Below, in pieces: positions 18,013 through 28,030 of a stretch of 64,000 nucleotides of DNA. Every line of letters begins with the position of its first letter. Position 1 is the stretch's first letter. Source of the DNA: Candidatus Omnitrophota bacterium (GTDB lineage Bacteria > Omnitrophota > Gorgyraeia > JABMRN01 > RBG-13-46-9); assembly GCA_043817155.1 (NCBI GenBank), contig JBDRHE010000087.1:983-64982 (forward strand), given 5' to 3'. The notes under the pieces are model-generated. The model had not been told where the DNA came from. It was given only the letters and a program-made list of their open reading frames with translations, and made no database searches. Made by a program: the position numbers and the translations under genes.

Positions 18013-19689
18013 ATGAATATCGCAAGCTTGGCTTTAAAGACTTTAGCTATTAACGCTCTGGCATTCGAAGAATCTACCAAGGCCCCCATTAGGGTCCAAA
18101 GACAGCTCCTTCTAGATTATCTTAAGCGTAACGGCAATACAAAATATGGCAAAGAGTGCAATTTTTCCGAGATTAAAACTATAGAAACGTTCCAGAAGAA
18201 GGTACCCCTGAGCAACCCGGAAACAGTAGCCCCATACACCGATCGGATGACCAGGGGTGAGGCAAATGTCTTAACTTCCGACAAGCCGATATTTTTCGGG
18301 CTAACAAGCGGCACTACCAGTCATCCCAAGTTCATCCCCGTGACGAAATTCTCCCGTTCCAAGAAAGCTGATGTAACCAATTTATGGGCATACTATATCT
18401 ACAAGGACCATCCCCGCGTTCTGGATGGGAAGATACTGGCCATAGTTAATAGCGAAATAAAGGGATATACCGAGTGCGGGATACCATACGGTGCGGAGAC
18501 AGGCCACGGCTATAAGAGCATGCCTGATGTAATAAAGCATTTTTATGCCATACCTTACGAGGTATTCGATATCAAAGATTACGACGCCAGATACTATTGT
18601 ATACTGAGGATCGCGATGGAGCAGGATATCACTACGATAGCGACTCCCAATCCCGGAATAATAGTTCTACTGTGCCAAAAACTTGGGAACTGGCAAGATA
18701 GGATAATAGAGGATATCGAAAACGGAACCATCTACCACGGAATGAGTATCGAAGAGGACAAGAGAAAGAGAATAGAAGAGTGCTTGAGGCCAAATTCTGA
18801 CAGAGCTAACTTCTTGAAAACTATCCTAAAAGAGAAGAAGACGCTTCTGCCTAAATATTGCTGGCCAAACCTCGAGCTTATTGAATGCTGGAAGGGAGGC
18901 ACTCTTAAGATGCATCTTAAGGAGCTGTCGAGATATTTCGGGGATATTAAAGTGAGAGACTTTGGATACCTGTCAACGGAGGCACGTTGCTCGATACCCA
19001 TGACGGATGAAGGTGCGGGAGGCGTTCTTGCGATAAATACGAATTTCTATGAATTCATCCCCAGGGAGGATCTGGAGAGAGGGGATAAACGCTTTCTTTT
19101 ATGCGATCAGTTAAAGGAAGGGATGGAATACTCGCTTGTGCTCACGACCCCGGGTGGGCTCTATAGGTATGATATAGGAGACATTATACGCATAAACGGC
19201 TTTTTTAACAAGACGCCTATTGTTGAATTTGTACAGAGAGGCCAAAGCGTAACAAATCTGGCCGGCGAGAAACTTTACGGGTCCCAGGTTAACGAAGCGG
19301 TAAACCGGGCTTTGGATAAGCACAAACTATTGATACAGTTCTATTCGGCATCCATACAATGGGGGGATATCCCGAGATACATATTTCTGATAGAGTTTAA
19401 CAGCAATCCGCCCTCCCATACCAAAGAGTCTCTGTTGGTTTCCATTGAAGAGGAGCTTTGCCAGCAGAACATAATGTATGAGGACAAGAGAAGGGCGTGC
19501 CTATTGGCCCCGCCCATTCTTAAGGTCGTAAAGAAAGGCGGTTTCGAGAAGTACCGCGCCAAAAAGGTGAGCGAAGGCGCCAATGACAGTCAGTTCAAGG
19601 TTCCGGAACTCATTCCCGACCTTAACTTCCAGAAGAATTTCAATATAAACGAGGAGATATCCCTTCCCGAAGATGATATTGGGATATAA
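18013..19689 (+). CDS. GH3-family acyl-adenylate/amido synthetase
   Basis: TSGTT, GYLSTE, GLYRYDIGD, GEKL, QFKVP. Confidence 0.88.
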   Translation: MNIASLALKTLAINALAFEESTKAPIRVQRQLLLDYLKRNGNTKYGKECNFSEIKTIETFQKKVPLSNPETVAPYTDRMTRGEANVLTSDKPIFFGLTSGTTSHPKFIPVTKFSRSKKADVTNLWAYYIYKDHPRVLDGKILAIVNSEIKGYTECGIPYGAETGHGYKSMPDVIKHFYAIPYEVFDIKDYDARYYCILRIAMEQDITTIATPNPGIIVLLCQKLGNWQDRIIEDIENGTIYHGMSIEEDKRKRIEECLRPNSDRANFLKTILKEKKTLLPKYCWPNLELIECWKGGTLKMHLKELSRYFGDIKVRDFGYLSTEARCSIPMTDEGAGGVLAINTNFYEFIPREDLERGDKRFLLCDQLKEGMEYSLVLTTPGGLYRYDIGDIIRINGFFNKTPIVEFVQRGQSVTNLAGEKLYGSQVNEAVNRALDKHKLLIQFYSASIQWGDIPRYIFLIEFNSNPPSHTKESLLVSIEEELCQQNIMYEDKRRACLLAPPILKVVKKGGFEKYRAKKVSEGANDSQFKVPELIPDLNFQKNFNINEEISLPEDDIGI

Positions 19690-19698
19690 ATTCAGGAT

Positions 19699-21357
19699 AT
19701 GGCCATGTTAAAGAAGATAGATCCGTCCAAGACGAGAGCCTGGAAGAAGCTTAAGGCCCATTATGAGAAGATGAAGAAGGCTGATATGTCAGAAATGTTC
19801 AATCAGGATCCAGGTAGATTTAAGAAGTTTTCAATCTCTTTCGAGGCGATCCTTCTCGATTATTCAAAGAACATCATAACGGATGAAACTATGCGGCTTC
19901 TTCTGGAGCTTGCCTCTGAGGCAGGGGTTAAGGACGCGATCGAATGTATGTTCAAAGGAGAACCGATAAATGAGACGGAGGATAGGTCTGTTCTCCACGT
20001 AGCCCTCCGGAACCGTTCTAATGAGCCGATATATGTAGGCGGTAGAGATGTTATGCCCGAGGTAAATGATGCGTTAAACAAGATGAAAGAATTCTCTCAT
20101 AAAGTTATTTCGGGAAGTTGGAAGGGATATACAGGGAAGCCTATCGCAGATATCGTAAACATAGGCATCGGCGGTTCGGATCTCGGACCCGTCATGGTGA
20201 CCGAGGCGCTTAAACCTTACAAGGAGCCCAACATAGATGCCCATTTTATTTCAAATGTAGACGGTACACATGTAGTCGAAACCCTTAAGACTCTGAGTCC
20301 GGAAACGACCCTCTTCATGATCGCGTCGAAAACCTTCACCACCGAGGAGACCATGGCCAATGCTCAGACCGCGCGGAAATGGTTTCTTGACTCCGCAAAG
20401 AAAGAGAGCCATATCAAGAAACATTTTGTCGCAATATCTACTAACGCATCCAGGGTAAAAGAATTCGGCATAGACCCGGGTAACATGTTTACCTTCTGGG
20501 ACTGGGTAGGCGGGCGGTTCTCTCTGTGGTCCAGCATAGGGCTCTCTATCGCTACGACCATAGGCTATGAGAACTTTGTGCAGTTGCTTGAAGGCGCACA
20601 TGCGATGGATAATCACACAAGAAGAGCGTCCCTTCCGGAGAATATGCCTGCGATACTCGCTCTTATCGGCGTCTGGTACAATAACTTCTTTGGCGCCCAG
20701 TCCCACGCGGTTCTTCCGTACGATCAGTACATGCATAGATTCCCGGCTTATTTACAGCAAGGCGATATGGAGAGTAACGGTAAATGCGTTGACAGGTCCG
20801 GTATCGCAATCACCCACCAGACCGGTCCCATTATTTGGGGAGAACCCGGAACGAACGGCCAGCATGCCTTCTACCAGCTCATGCATCAGGGTACGAAGCT
20901 GATACCCTGTGACTTTTTAGCGCCAATTTCAAGTCACAACCCGATCGGCGATCATCACAAGATCCTGCTTTCGAACTTCTTTGCCCAGACAGAGGCCCTG
21001 ATGAAGGGGAGATCGGAAGCCGATGTGAGAGAGGAACTCAAGGATTCGGGCAAAGGCGCCCCGGAGGTCGAGAGACTTCTTCCGTTTAAGATGTTTAAGG
21101 GTAACAAGCCCACAAATTCTATTATATTTGAGAAGCTTACCCCCAGAACCCTCGGCTCTCTCATTGCGCTATATGAGCATAAGATATTCATACAAGGGGT
21201 GATCTGGAATATATTCAGTTTCGATCAATGGGGAGTTGAACTGGGGAAAGAGCTTGCCAAAAAGATACTTTTGGAGTTAAATGTTAAAAGATCGGTAGAT
21301 TCTCACGACTCATCTACAAATGCTTTAATTAATTTCTACATAAAGAAACGGAAATAG
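19699..21357 (+). CDS. pgi: Glucose-6-phosphate isomerase
   Basis: [31 protein letters not shown]. Confidence 0.97.
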   Translation: MAMLKKIDPSKTRAWKKLKAHYEKMKKADMSEMFNQDPGRFKKFSISFEAILLDYSKNIITDETMRLLLELASEAGVKDAIECMFKGEPINETEDRSVLHVALRNRSNEPIYVGGRDVMPEVNDALNKMKEFSHKVISGSWKGYTGKPIADIVNIGIGGSDLGPVMVTEALKPYKEPNIDAHFISNVDGTHVVETLKTLSPETTLFMIASKTFTTEETMANAQTARKWFLDSAKKESHIKKHFVAISTNASRVKEFGIDPGNMFTFWDWVGGRFSLWSSIGLSIATTIGYENFVQLLEGAHAMDNHTRRASLPENMPAILALIGVWYNNFFGAQSHAVLPYDQYMHRFPAYLQQGDMESNGKCVDRSGIAITHQTGPIIWGEPGTNGQHAFYQLMHQGTKLIPCDFLAPISSHNPIGDHHKILLSNFFAQTEALMKGRSEADVREELKDSGKGAPEVERLLPFKMFKGNKPTNSIIFEKLTPRTLGSLIALYEHKIFIQGVIWNIFSFDQWGVELGKELAKKILLELNVKRSVDSHDSSTNALINFYIKKRK

Positions 21358-21382
21358 ACCAAACCTGAAAGGGGGCTCTCTA

Positions 21383-21568
21383 ATGTCGATAGACTTTATC
21401 TGTCCCACGTGCAATATGCAGATGGCCAGAGATCTATTTGTAGTTGTGCCGCATACCGAAAAGGACATAGTGGCTGCTATAAAGAAGGAACACCCAAAAT
21501 GGGCAACTGATGACGGTCTATGCATGAGATGCTACGAATATTATAAGAAAGAGATGAGCCGGGTCTAA
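21383..21568 (+). CDS. Small CxxC...CxxC protein of unknown function
   Basis: CPTC and CMRC, purine-rich SD, fills the intergenic gap. Confidence 0.7.
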   Translation: MSIDFICPTCNMQMARDLFVVVPHTEKDIVAAIKKEHPKWATDDGLCMRCYEYYKKEMSRV

Positions 21569-21590
21569 AGAAAGATAGAAAATATTTTAC

Positions 21591-21621
21591 TTGATTTAAA
21601 GATACTAAAAGAGTATCATTA
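21591..21621 (+). promoter_or_regulatory. Promoter with GATACT-N5-AGTATC operator
   Basis: TTGATT-17 bp-TATCAT, same geometry as 13053. Confidence 0.75.
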
Positions 21622-21640
21622 TCACTAAGAGGAGGAGCGC

Positions 21641-22786
21641 ATGAAGAAGACCGCGATCCAGAGGCTAAATATATTCGGTCAGAGTATTTGGCTGGACAAC
21701 ATTAACCGTGCGATGATTGAGTCAGGACAACTTGAAAAGATGATCGGTTTGGGTTTAATGGGCATGACCTCCAACCCTACGATATTCGATAACGCCATAG
21801 GCTCCAGCAGCGATTATGATAATGAGATCGCGAAACTGAGTAAGGCCGGGAGATCAGCTTTTGAAATATATGATGATCTGACCGTAAGAGACGTGCAGGA
21901 CGCAGCAGATCTCTTCTTACCAGTACATAATAAGAGCAAAGGCATGGATGGATACGTGAGCCTGGAGATAAATCCGCTCCTGTCGTACAGGACGGAGGAT
22001 ACGATAAAGGAAGGCAAGAGGCTCCATGAGAAGGTTGATCGCCCGAACGTAATGCTCAAGGTCCCGGCCACTGAGCAAGGATTTGCAGCTGTTGAGAAAC
22101 TGATAGCATGCGGAATAAACATCAATGTAACGCTTATCTTTTCCGTGGAGCAGTACCTTAACACAGCCGTCGCTTATATAAAGGGACTCGAGAATTTTTT
22201 GGAAAGCGGCGGCGACGTAAGCTCAGTGCGGTCCGTAGCAAGCGTTTTTGTAAGCAGGGTAGATAGTGTTTGTGATAAAAGGCTCGAAGAAGTTATTGCC
22301 ACAGAAGAGAACGAAGATTTCGTAAAGGAATGTGAATTTCTAAAAGGAAGAGCTGCCGTTGCAAATGCCAATCTTATATACAAAGAGTATCAAAACATCA
22401 TCTCTTCAACAAGGTTCTACAGGCTTCGCCAGAAAGGGGGAAGCATCCAGAGGGTCCTCTGGGGATCAACGAGCACCAAGAACCCCGCGTATAGCGACAT
22501 CAAGTATGTCGAAGAACTTATAGGCAAAAGCACTGTAAATACGATACCCGATAAGACATTCGAAGCGGTTTTGGATCACGGGAAGGTTAAAGAGGCATTG
22601 ACCGCCGATGACAGTGAGGCGCAGAAGATAATCGTCGGTCTTAAAAAACACCAGATAGACATAAAAGAGGTATGTCGCGAGCTTCTTGAAGCCGGTGTTT
22701 CGTCCTTTGAGTCGTCGTTCGAGTCGCTCTTAAGAACCATTGAGACAAAGAGGGGGCGGCTTTCTTCTGTCCGGCAATTGAAATAG
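21641..22786 (+). CDS. tal: Transaldolase
   Basis: WLD, TSNPTIF, KVPAT, NVTLIFS, ASVFVSR. Confidence 0.95.
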   Translation: MKKTAIQRLNIFGQSIWLDNINRAMIESGQLEKMIGLGLMGMTSNPTIFDNAIGSSSDYDNEIAKLSKAGRSAFEIYDDLTVRDVQDAADLFLPVHNKSKGMDGYVSLEINPLLSYRTEDTIKEGKRLHEKVDRPNVMLKVPATEQGFAAVEKLIACGININVTLIFSVEQYLNTAVAYIKGLENFLESGGDVSSVRSVASVFVSRVDSVCDKRLEEVIATEENEDFVKECEFLKGRAAVANANLIYKEYQNIISSTRFYRLRQKGGSIQRVLWGSTSTKNPAYSDIKYVEELIGKSTVNTIPDKTFEAVLDHGKVKEALTADDSEAQKIIVGLKKHQIDIKEVCRELLEAGVSSFESSFESLLRTIETKRGRLSSVRQLK

Positions 22787-22818
22787 ACAGGCGGATCTTT
22801 TTCTACGGAAGGCAGGCG

Positions 22819-23568
22819 ATGGAAGATTTGGGTGTTGTAGGCAACAGAAAGAAGATCTACGCATTTGACGGTCCCGAAGATGCCGCCGGCGCCGCTTCAA
22901 GAGAATGGAATAGATTGACTCAAAAGGCGATAGAGGCCAGAGGCAGATCCGTTATAGCGGTGTCCGGGGGGAGGTCTCCCGTGGGGTTATTTAAAAAATT
23001 GTCTAACTATAAAGAGGGTATGCGCTGGAAGAAGACGCATATCTTCCTGGTAGACGAAAGATTTGCGCCTTTGGACGATAGCGCTAGTAACTATCGCATG
23101 ATAAAGGAGAATCTCTTAGATATGGTGGATATCCCTAAAACCAATATCCACCCTGTTCAAATCGAAGAGAGTGTAGAGATTTCAGCCAACGCCTACGAGA
23201 AGGAGATCGCCAATTTTTTTGATCTAAAAAAAAACGAGATTCCCAGGTTTGATATGATTCTACTCGGGCTGGGGGAAGACGGACACATCGCATCTCTTTT
23301 TCCGGGAGATAATGCGGTTAGTGAAAGAAAGAGTCTTGCCATTCCGATCACTCTCGATAGGCTCCAGCACAGCCGTGTGACACTTACATTGCCCGTAATC
23401 AATAATGCCAGGAAGATCATATTCTTTATAACGGGAGAGAAGAAAGCTTTTGCGGTAAAGGGGTTGTTGGAAGATGATGGGAAAATGCCCGCTCAATTGG
23501 TAAAACCCGTAAATGGGGAGATGCTCTTTTTTCTGGATGCGCTAGCAAGTTCTCTTTTAAGTAAATAG
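22819..23568 (+). CDS. pgl: 6-phosphogluconolactonase
   Basis: SGGRSP, DER, SNYR, LGLGEDGHIASLFP. Confidence 0.93.
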   Translation: MEDLGVVGNRKKIYAFDGPEDAAGAASREWNRLTQKAIEARGRSVIAVSGGRSPVGLFKKLSNYKEGMRWKKTHIFLVDERFAPLDDSASNYRMIKENLLDMVDIPKTNIHPVQIEESVEISANAYEKEIANFFDLKKNEIPRFDMILLGLGEDGHIASLFPGDNAVSERKSLAIPITLDRLQHSRVTLTLPVINNARKIIFFITGEKKAFAVKGLLEDDGKMPAQLVKPVNGEMLFFLDALASSLLSK

Positions 23569-23803
23569 GAAATACATTGAAATACGATTGAGATACATTG
23601 AAATGCAATTGACATACGTAGATGAGCGCGGATACACAACTCGTCTTTGCGAGGTGTCGTAAATAGGTTAGCGCACCGAAGCAATTTGCTAAGTCCGTCT
23701 TTGCGAAGTGCCGTAATATAACGAGCGCACTGAAGCAATCGCAAACTAGCTCGAATGAGATTGCTTCGGCACGTTCGAATATTCCGGTGCCTCGCAAAGA
23801 CGA
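23568..23803. repeat. Composite repeat (GAAATAC(G)ATT tandems plus family A arms)
   Basis: Same module order at 26850, 28750 and 29949; partial at 47619. Confidence 0.85.
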
Positions 23804-23819
23804 GAGGGAAGATGCTAAG

Positions 23820-24374
23820 ATGGAATATAAAACAGCGCTTGCAAAGGCATGGTTGGAATTGACCAATCTGTCGAAGGATAAGAGATATACCGTTCGGTTT
23901 CTAAGCGATAAGTATGATGTTGATCTTGAAAGCGGTCAGATCCTTTCCCTGTCCTGTAATATACCGGTTAAAGAGTATGCCGCTATTCTCATTTTGCACT
24001 ACTTGATCAAGAAGCTAAAAGGTTTACCATCTTTAAGGGAGGAGTGGGTCTCCTTTAAAGAGTTTGTGGGCGGACAGGGGTATTACCCCGCTTTTAAGAA
24101 GAGGGTTATAGGCACCATAAGGAAAAAGTACGGCCAGAAACCCGAAGGGCTCTATGGCCTGGCTGAACGGTTTCGCGCAAAGAAAGCTCAGCTGGCGGAC
24201 GTTAGCGTTGTCCTTGACACATTTGAAACTATCGTACCTATATTAATAACCTTCTGGCGGAAAGACGAAGAGTTCGGACCTGAGGCCAATGTACTTTTTG
24301 ATAAGAGTATCACCGATATCTTTTGCACAGAAGATATCGCTGTCTTGTCGGAGATCGTAGCTCATAGCATATAG
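23820..24374 (+). CDS. DUF3786-family protein
   Basis: ILHYL, WVSFKE..GG..Y..F, W..DEEF...A.VLFD..I. Confidence 0.85.
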   Translation: MEYKTALAKAWLELTNLSKDKRYTVRFLSDKYDVDLESGQILSLSCNIPVKEYAAILILHYLIKKLKGLPSLREEWVSFKEFVGGQGYYPAFKKRVIGTIRKKYGQKPEGLYGLAERFRAKKAQLADVSVVLDTFETIVPILITFWRKDEEFGPEANVLFDKSITDIFCTEDIAVLSEIVAHSI

Positions 24375-24454
24375 CGACACAATGGAGCATAGTCTCCTAC
24401 GCTCATCAAGCGCATAATGCGTGATATTATTATATAGCTCTAGAGAGGTCAAAA

Positions 24455-24871
24455 GTGAAACTCATTACAAGGGATACCGACTACGCGATACGCGCTCTTT
24501 GCTACATGGCAAAAGAGGAAGAGCGCGTTATCTCTGTAAAAGAGTTGGTTAGTACTCTTAGCATCCCGAAACCTTTCCTACGAAAGATACTCCAGACGCT
24601 AAATAGCGCAAAGCTTCTTAAGTCGTACAAGGGTAAAGGTGGTGGTTTTAAATTATCGCGTAAACCCAAAAATATATTTGTTATCGATATCATTAAAATA
24701 TTTCAGGGTCAGGTAAAACTTAGCGAACACATCTTCAAGAAGGGTATCTGTCCGCATTTGAAGACGTGTATTCTGAAGAGAAGATTGGATAGAATAGAAG
24801 GGTTGGTGATTGTGGAGCTGAAAAGAATTACAATAGAATCCCTGCTGTCGGATGTGGAGAGAGACCTATGA
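24455..24871 (+). CDS. Rrf2-family regulator
   Basis: TDYAIRAL, FLRKILQTL, G.GGGF.L; C-terminal H-x6-C-x5-C. Confidence 0.92.
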   Translation: MKLITRDTDYAIRALCYMAKEEERVISVKELVSTLSIPKPFLRKILQTLNSAKLLKSYKGKGGGFKLSRKPKNIFVIDIIKIFQGQVKLSEHIFKKGICPHLKTCILKRRLDRIEGLVIVELKRITIESLLSDVERDL

Positions 24872-25581
24872 AGGAGATCGAAACCAGCGTCACCGACATA
24901 ATCACCAGAACCCCGGATATCAGAAGCATCAGATTCAGCGCAGATAGCGATATGGAATTCGATGCAGGGCAGTTTTTTTTGCTAACGATAAATTCCCGCG
25001 GTACGGAAATGTCGAAGTACTTCTCTTTTTCAAATTCGCCTACAGAGAATGGGTATGTGGAATTTACCAAGAGGATGACCGGGAGCGATTTTTCAAAGGC
25101 TTTAAAGGAATTGAAGATAGGCGATCCGGCAAAAATAAAAATGCCCCTGGGATCTTTTAAGCTTAAAGAAGAATACAAGAAAGTAGCGTTCATCTCAGGG
25201 GGTATCGGCATTACCCCCGTAAGGAGTATCTGTAAGTTTGCCACCGACAAGAAGCTGCCTACAGACATAGTCGTACTTTATGGGAATAAGACAGAGGAGG
25301 ACATTGTCTTTAGACAGGATTTCGACGATATGAAAAAGAATAATCCTAATCTGCGGGTCGTTTATACGCTTACGCAGGAGAGTATAGACAAGGGGGGATG
25401 GGGCGGAAGAAGAGGCTATATAGATAAGGGCTTCATAATAGAAGAGATCCCGGATTATGAAAAAAGGGTGTTCTATATATGCGGTCCGCCTGCGATGGTT
25501 GCGCACCTTGTAGCGGTCTTAAAAGATGAACTTCGCGTCGGAGACGAAAAGATAAGACTTGAGAATTTTACGGGTTATTGA
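24868..25581 (+). CDS. FAD/NAD(P)-binding oxidoreductase (FNR-like)
   Basis: GQF, FSFSNSP, GGIGITP, YICGPP. Confidence 0.88.
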   Translation: MKEIETSVTDIITRTPDIRSIRFSADSDMEFDAGQFFLLTINSRGTEMSKYFSFSNSPTENGYVEFTKRMTGSDFSKALKELKIGDPAKIKMPLGSFKLKEEYKKVAFISGGIGITPVRSICKFATDKKLPTDIVVLYGNKTEEDIVFRQDFDDMKKNNPNLRVVYTLTQESIDKGGWGGRRGYIDKGFIIEEIPDYEKRVFYICGPPAMVAHLVAVLKDELRVGDEKIRLENFTGY

Positions 25582-25653
25582 TTAGAGAGGCCGGACCGGA
25601 TTACACAATCGATAATATTGAAGAGCTTAAGGAGATCATAGAATAACACGTTC

Positions 25654-26076
25654 ATGATGGGTAAAGATAGATGTTTAACATGCAGTGAATACAGGAATTG
25701 CAAAGATTCCGTTGCGTCCTGGATATTCTTTATCGTAGGGCTTATTGCAACGATCGCGCTCCGTGTCGTCACAGTGTTGATACATGTAAACCCAATATAC
25801 GGGAAGGTTGCCTGGTATGTCGGAGTGACGGGTTTCTTCGCGTTCTTCATCTACAAATACAACATAATACAGAATAGGGCTCGGACTATAAAGGAACATA
25901 ATCTTCTGAACAGAGTAAATAATAGAGAAGAATTGAAAGAGGAGGATTACAGGTTGATAAGCGCGCTTCTATGCGGTATAAGCTCGAAGAAAGAGAGGAT
26001 AAACTATATATTCATATTCGGGCTTTCGGCAGTAGCGCTGCTTTTGGCAATATATATGGATTTTCTTAAAAATTGA
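25654..26076 (+). CDS. Hypothetical membrane protein (3 TM, N-terminal CxxC..C)
   Basis: Three hydrophobic segments. Confidence 0.7.
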   Translation: MMGKDRCLTCSEYRNCKDSVASWIFFIVGLIATIALRVVTVLIHVNPIYGKVAWYVGVTGFFAFFIYKYNIIQNRARTIKEHNLLNRVNNREELKEEDYRLISALLCGISSKKERINYIFIFGLSAVALLLAIYMDFLKN

Positions 26077-26093
26077 TCAAGAAGGAGGGGGAT

Positions 26094-26219
26094 ATGGCAG
26101 TGGAAAAAGAAGGGGAGAAGTACAGATGTAATGTTTGCGGAAACGAAGTGAAGGTTACAAAGGTTGGCGGAGGGGAGCTTGTTTGCTGCGGCCAGCCGAT
26201 GGAGAAAATCGAAGGTTAA
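26094..26219 (+). CDS. Desulforedoxin (41 aa; not in ORF track)
   Basis: [41 protein letters not shown]; SD AAGGAGG. Confidence 0.9.
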   Translation: MAVEKEGEKYRCNVCGNEVKVTKVGGGELVCCGQPMEKIEG

Positions 26220-26247
26220 TAAAATCATGAAAGGGATCAGGGAAACA

Positions 26248-26826
26248 ATGGAAAAATCAATTAAAGGAACGAAAACCGAAAAGAATCTACTTGCGTCATT
26301 TGCTGGAGAATCTCAGGCGAGAAATCGCTATACATACTTCGCAAGCGCTGCAAAGAAGGCGGGCTATGAGCAGATAGCAGCGATCTTCCAGGAGACCGCC
26401 GACAATGAAAAGGAGCACGCCAAGAGGTTCTTTAAGCTTCTGGGAGGCGGTGAAGCCGAGATAACAGCTTCATATCCAGCGGGCGTAATAGGAGATACCG
26501 CCGCAAATCTTGATGGCGCAGCCCGGGGTGAGCATCATGAATGGACAAAGTTATACAAGGAAGCGGAAGACGTTGCAAGAGCTGAGGGTTTTGAAAAAGT
26601 CGCGGTTCAATTTAAAGAGATAGCAGAAGTGGAAGAGGAGCACGAGAAGCGGTACAAAAAACTTCTTAAGAACCTGAAAGAGGGTAAGGTATTCAAGCGA
26701 GATTCTGTAGTTAAATGGAAATGCCGAAACTGTGGCTATGTGCATGAAGGCAAAGAAGCCCCGGATAAATGCCCTGCATGTACGCACCCCCAGGCTTATT
26801 TCGAACTTTTGTGTGAGAATTACTAA
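26248..26826 (+). CDS. rbr: Rubrerythrin
   Basis: AFAGESQARNRY-like, E..H pairs, CRNC...CPAC. Confidence 0.95.
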   Translation: MEKSIKGTKTEKNLLASFAGESQARNRYTYFASAAKKAGYEQIAAIFQETADNEKEHAKRFFKLLGGGEAEITASYPAGVIGDTAANLDGAARGEHHEWTKLYKEAEDVARAEGFEKVAVQFKEIAEVEEEHEKRYKKLLKNLKEGKVFKRDSVVKWKCRNCGYVHEGKEAPDKCPACTHPQAYFELLCENY

Positions 26827-26829
26827 TAA

Positions 26830-27183
26830 ACACAGATGAACGCAGATGGGTAAGCAACGATGAACGATGGACGATTCGAAAATAGTGGAAATACGATTGA
26901 AATGCAATTGAAATACATTGATGAGCGCGGATGCATGCCTCGTCTTTGCGAGGTGCCGTAATACACTAAGCGCACCGAAGCAATCTCAGACTTCTGTCAT
27001 CCCCGCGCAAGCGGGGATCCAGAGGGAACTCGTCGAGAGTACATCCATGGATTCCCGCTTCCGCGGGAATGACAACTTTAGATTGCCTGCCTGCCAGTAT
27101 ATTTCGGGCAGGCAGGCTTCGGCACGCTCGAATATTCCGGTGCCTCGCAAAGACGAAGGCTAAGATCTGTGCCAATCTGTGCA
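26830..27183. repeat. Nested composite of several palindromic repeat families
   Basis: Outer CACAGAT/ATCTGTG arms enclose family A arms, which enclose family B and a CTGCCTGCC..GGCAGGCAG insert. Confidence 0.8.
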
Positions 27184-27201
27184 TAGAAAAGGGAGGCAAT
27201 C

Positions 27202-27642
27202 ATGAAAGGTTATGTCTGCAAAACGTGTGGTTATATTTCGATAAACGGAAGCGCACCCGAGAAGTGTCCGGTATGTCACGCACCAAAGTCTGCTTTTGAA
27301 GAGAGAGACGCTATAAAGATACCCCAGGATCCTGGCAATCTGAACGAATTGGAAAAGAAACATGTTCCGGTCATAACGGTTGTAAAGAAATGCGGACTGA
27401 TCCCGGAAGGATGCCAGGATGTCCATGTAAAGATGGGCCAGATACAGCATCCGATGGTAAAAGAACACTACATAACACATATCGACCTCTATGTCGATAA
27501 AGAGCTCATATCTCGGATAATGCTCACTCCCGAGAAACTTAACCCCGCAGCTGCTTTACATCTAAAGGTGGGGAGCGGCAAGCTCATCGCTATCGAGAAC
27601 TGCAACCAGCATGGAAATTGGATAAGCGAGGTAGATCTTTAA
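27202..27642 (+). CDS. Superoxide reductase with N-terminal rubredoxin-like domain
   Basis: CKTC..CPVC; EKKHVP, HPM...H, CNQHG. Confidence 0.88.
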   Translation: MKGYVCKTCGYISINGSAPEKCPVCHAPKSAFEERDAIKIPQDPGNLNELEKKHVPVITVVKKCGLIPEGCQDVHVKMGQIQHPMVKEHYITHIDLYVDKELISRIMLTPEKLNPAAALHLKVGSGKLIAIENCNQHGNWISEVDL

Positions 27643-27709
27643 ATAGCGGATAGCGTTTAGCGAATAGCGGATAGGTAATTATGCACAAGTACACTAGCTC
27701 AATACTTCC

Positions 27710-27996
27710 CTCGTCTTTGCGAGGTGCCGTAATATACTAAGCGCACCGAAGGTTAAAACATCTTGTCATTCCCGCGCAAGCGGGAATCCAGGCGGAAATG
27801 ACAAATACATTAGAAAGATACACTTCTGGATCCCCGCTTTCGCGGGGATGACAGAATAACGGAGATTGTGCCACCGCTACTTTCGCATGGTGGGGTCCCG
27901 CAATGCATAAGCAACGGCGGGAAAAGCGGGAATCCATGGATGTGCTCTCAATGAGCTCACTCTGGATCCCCGCTTACGCGGGGATGACATGTGGGA
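27710..27996. repeat. Composite of family A left arm and family B copies
   Basis: CTCGTCTTTGCGAGGTGCCG..., TGTCATTCCCGCG... and ...GGGATGACA. Confidence 0.8.
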
Positions 27997-28030
27997 AGAT
28001 AGGGAGGTGACAGAGTACGAAAGGAGTCAT

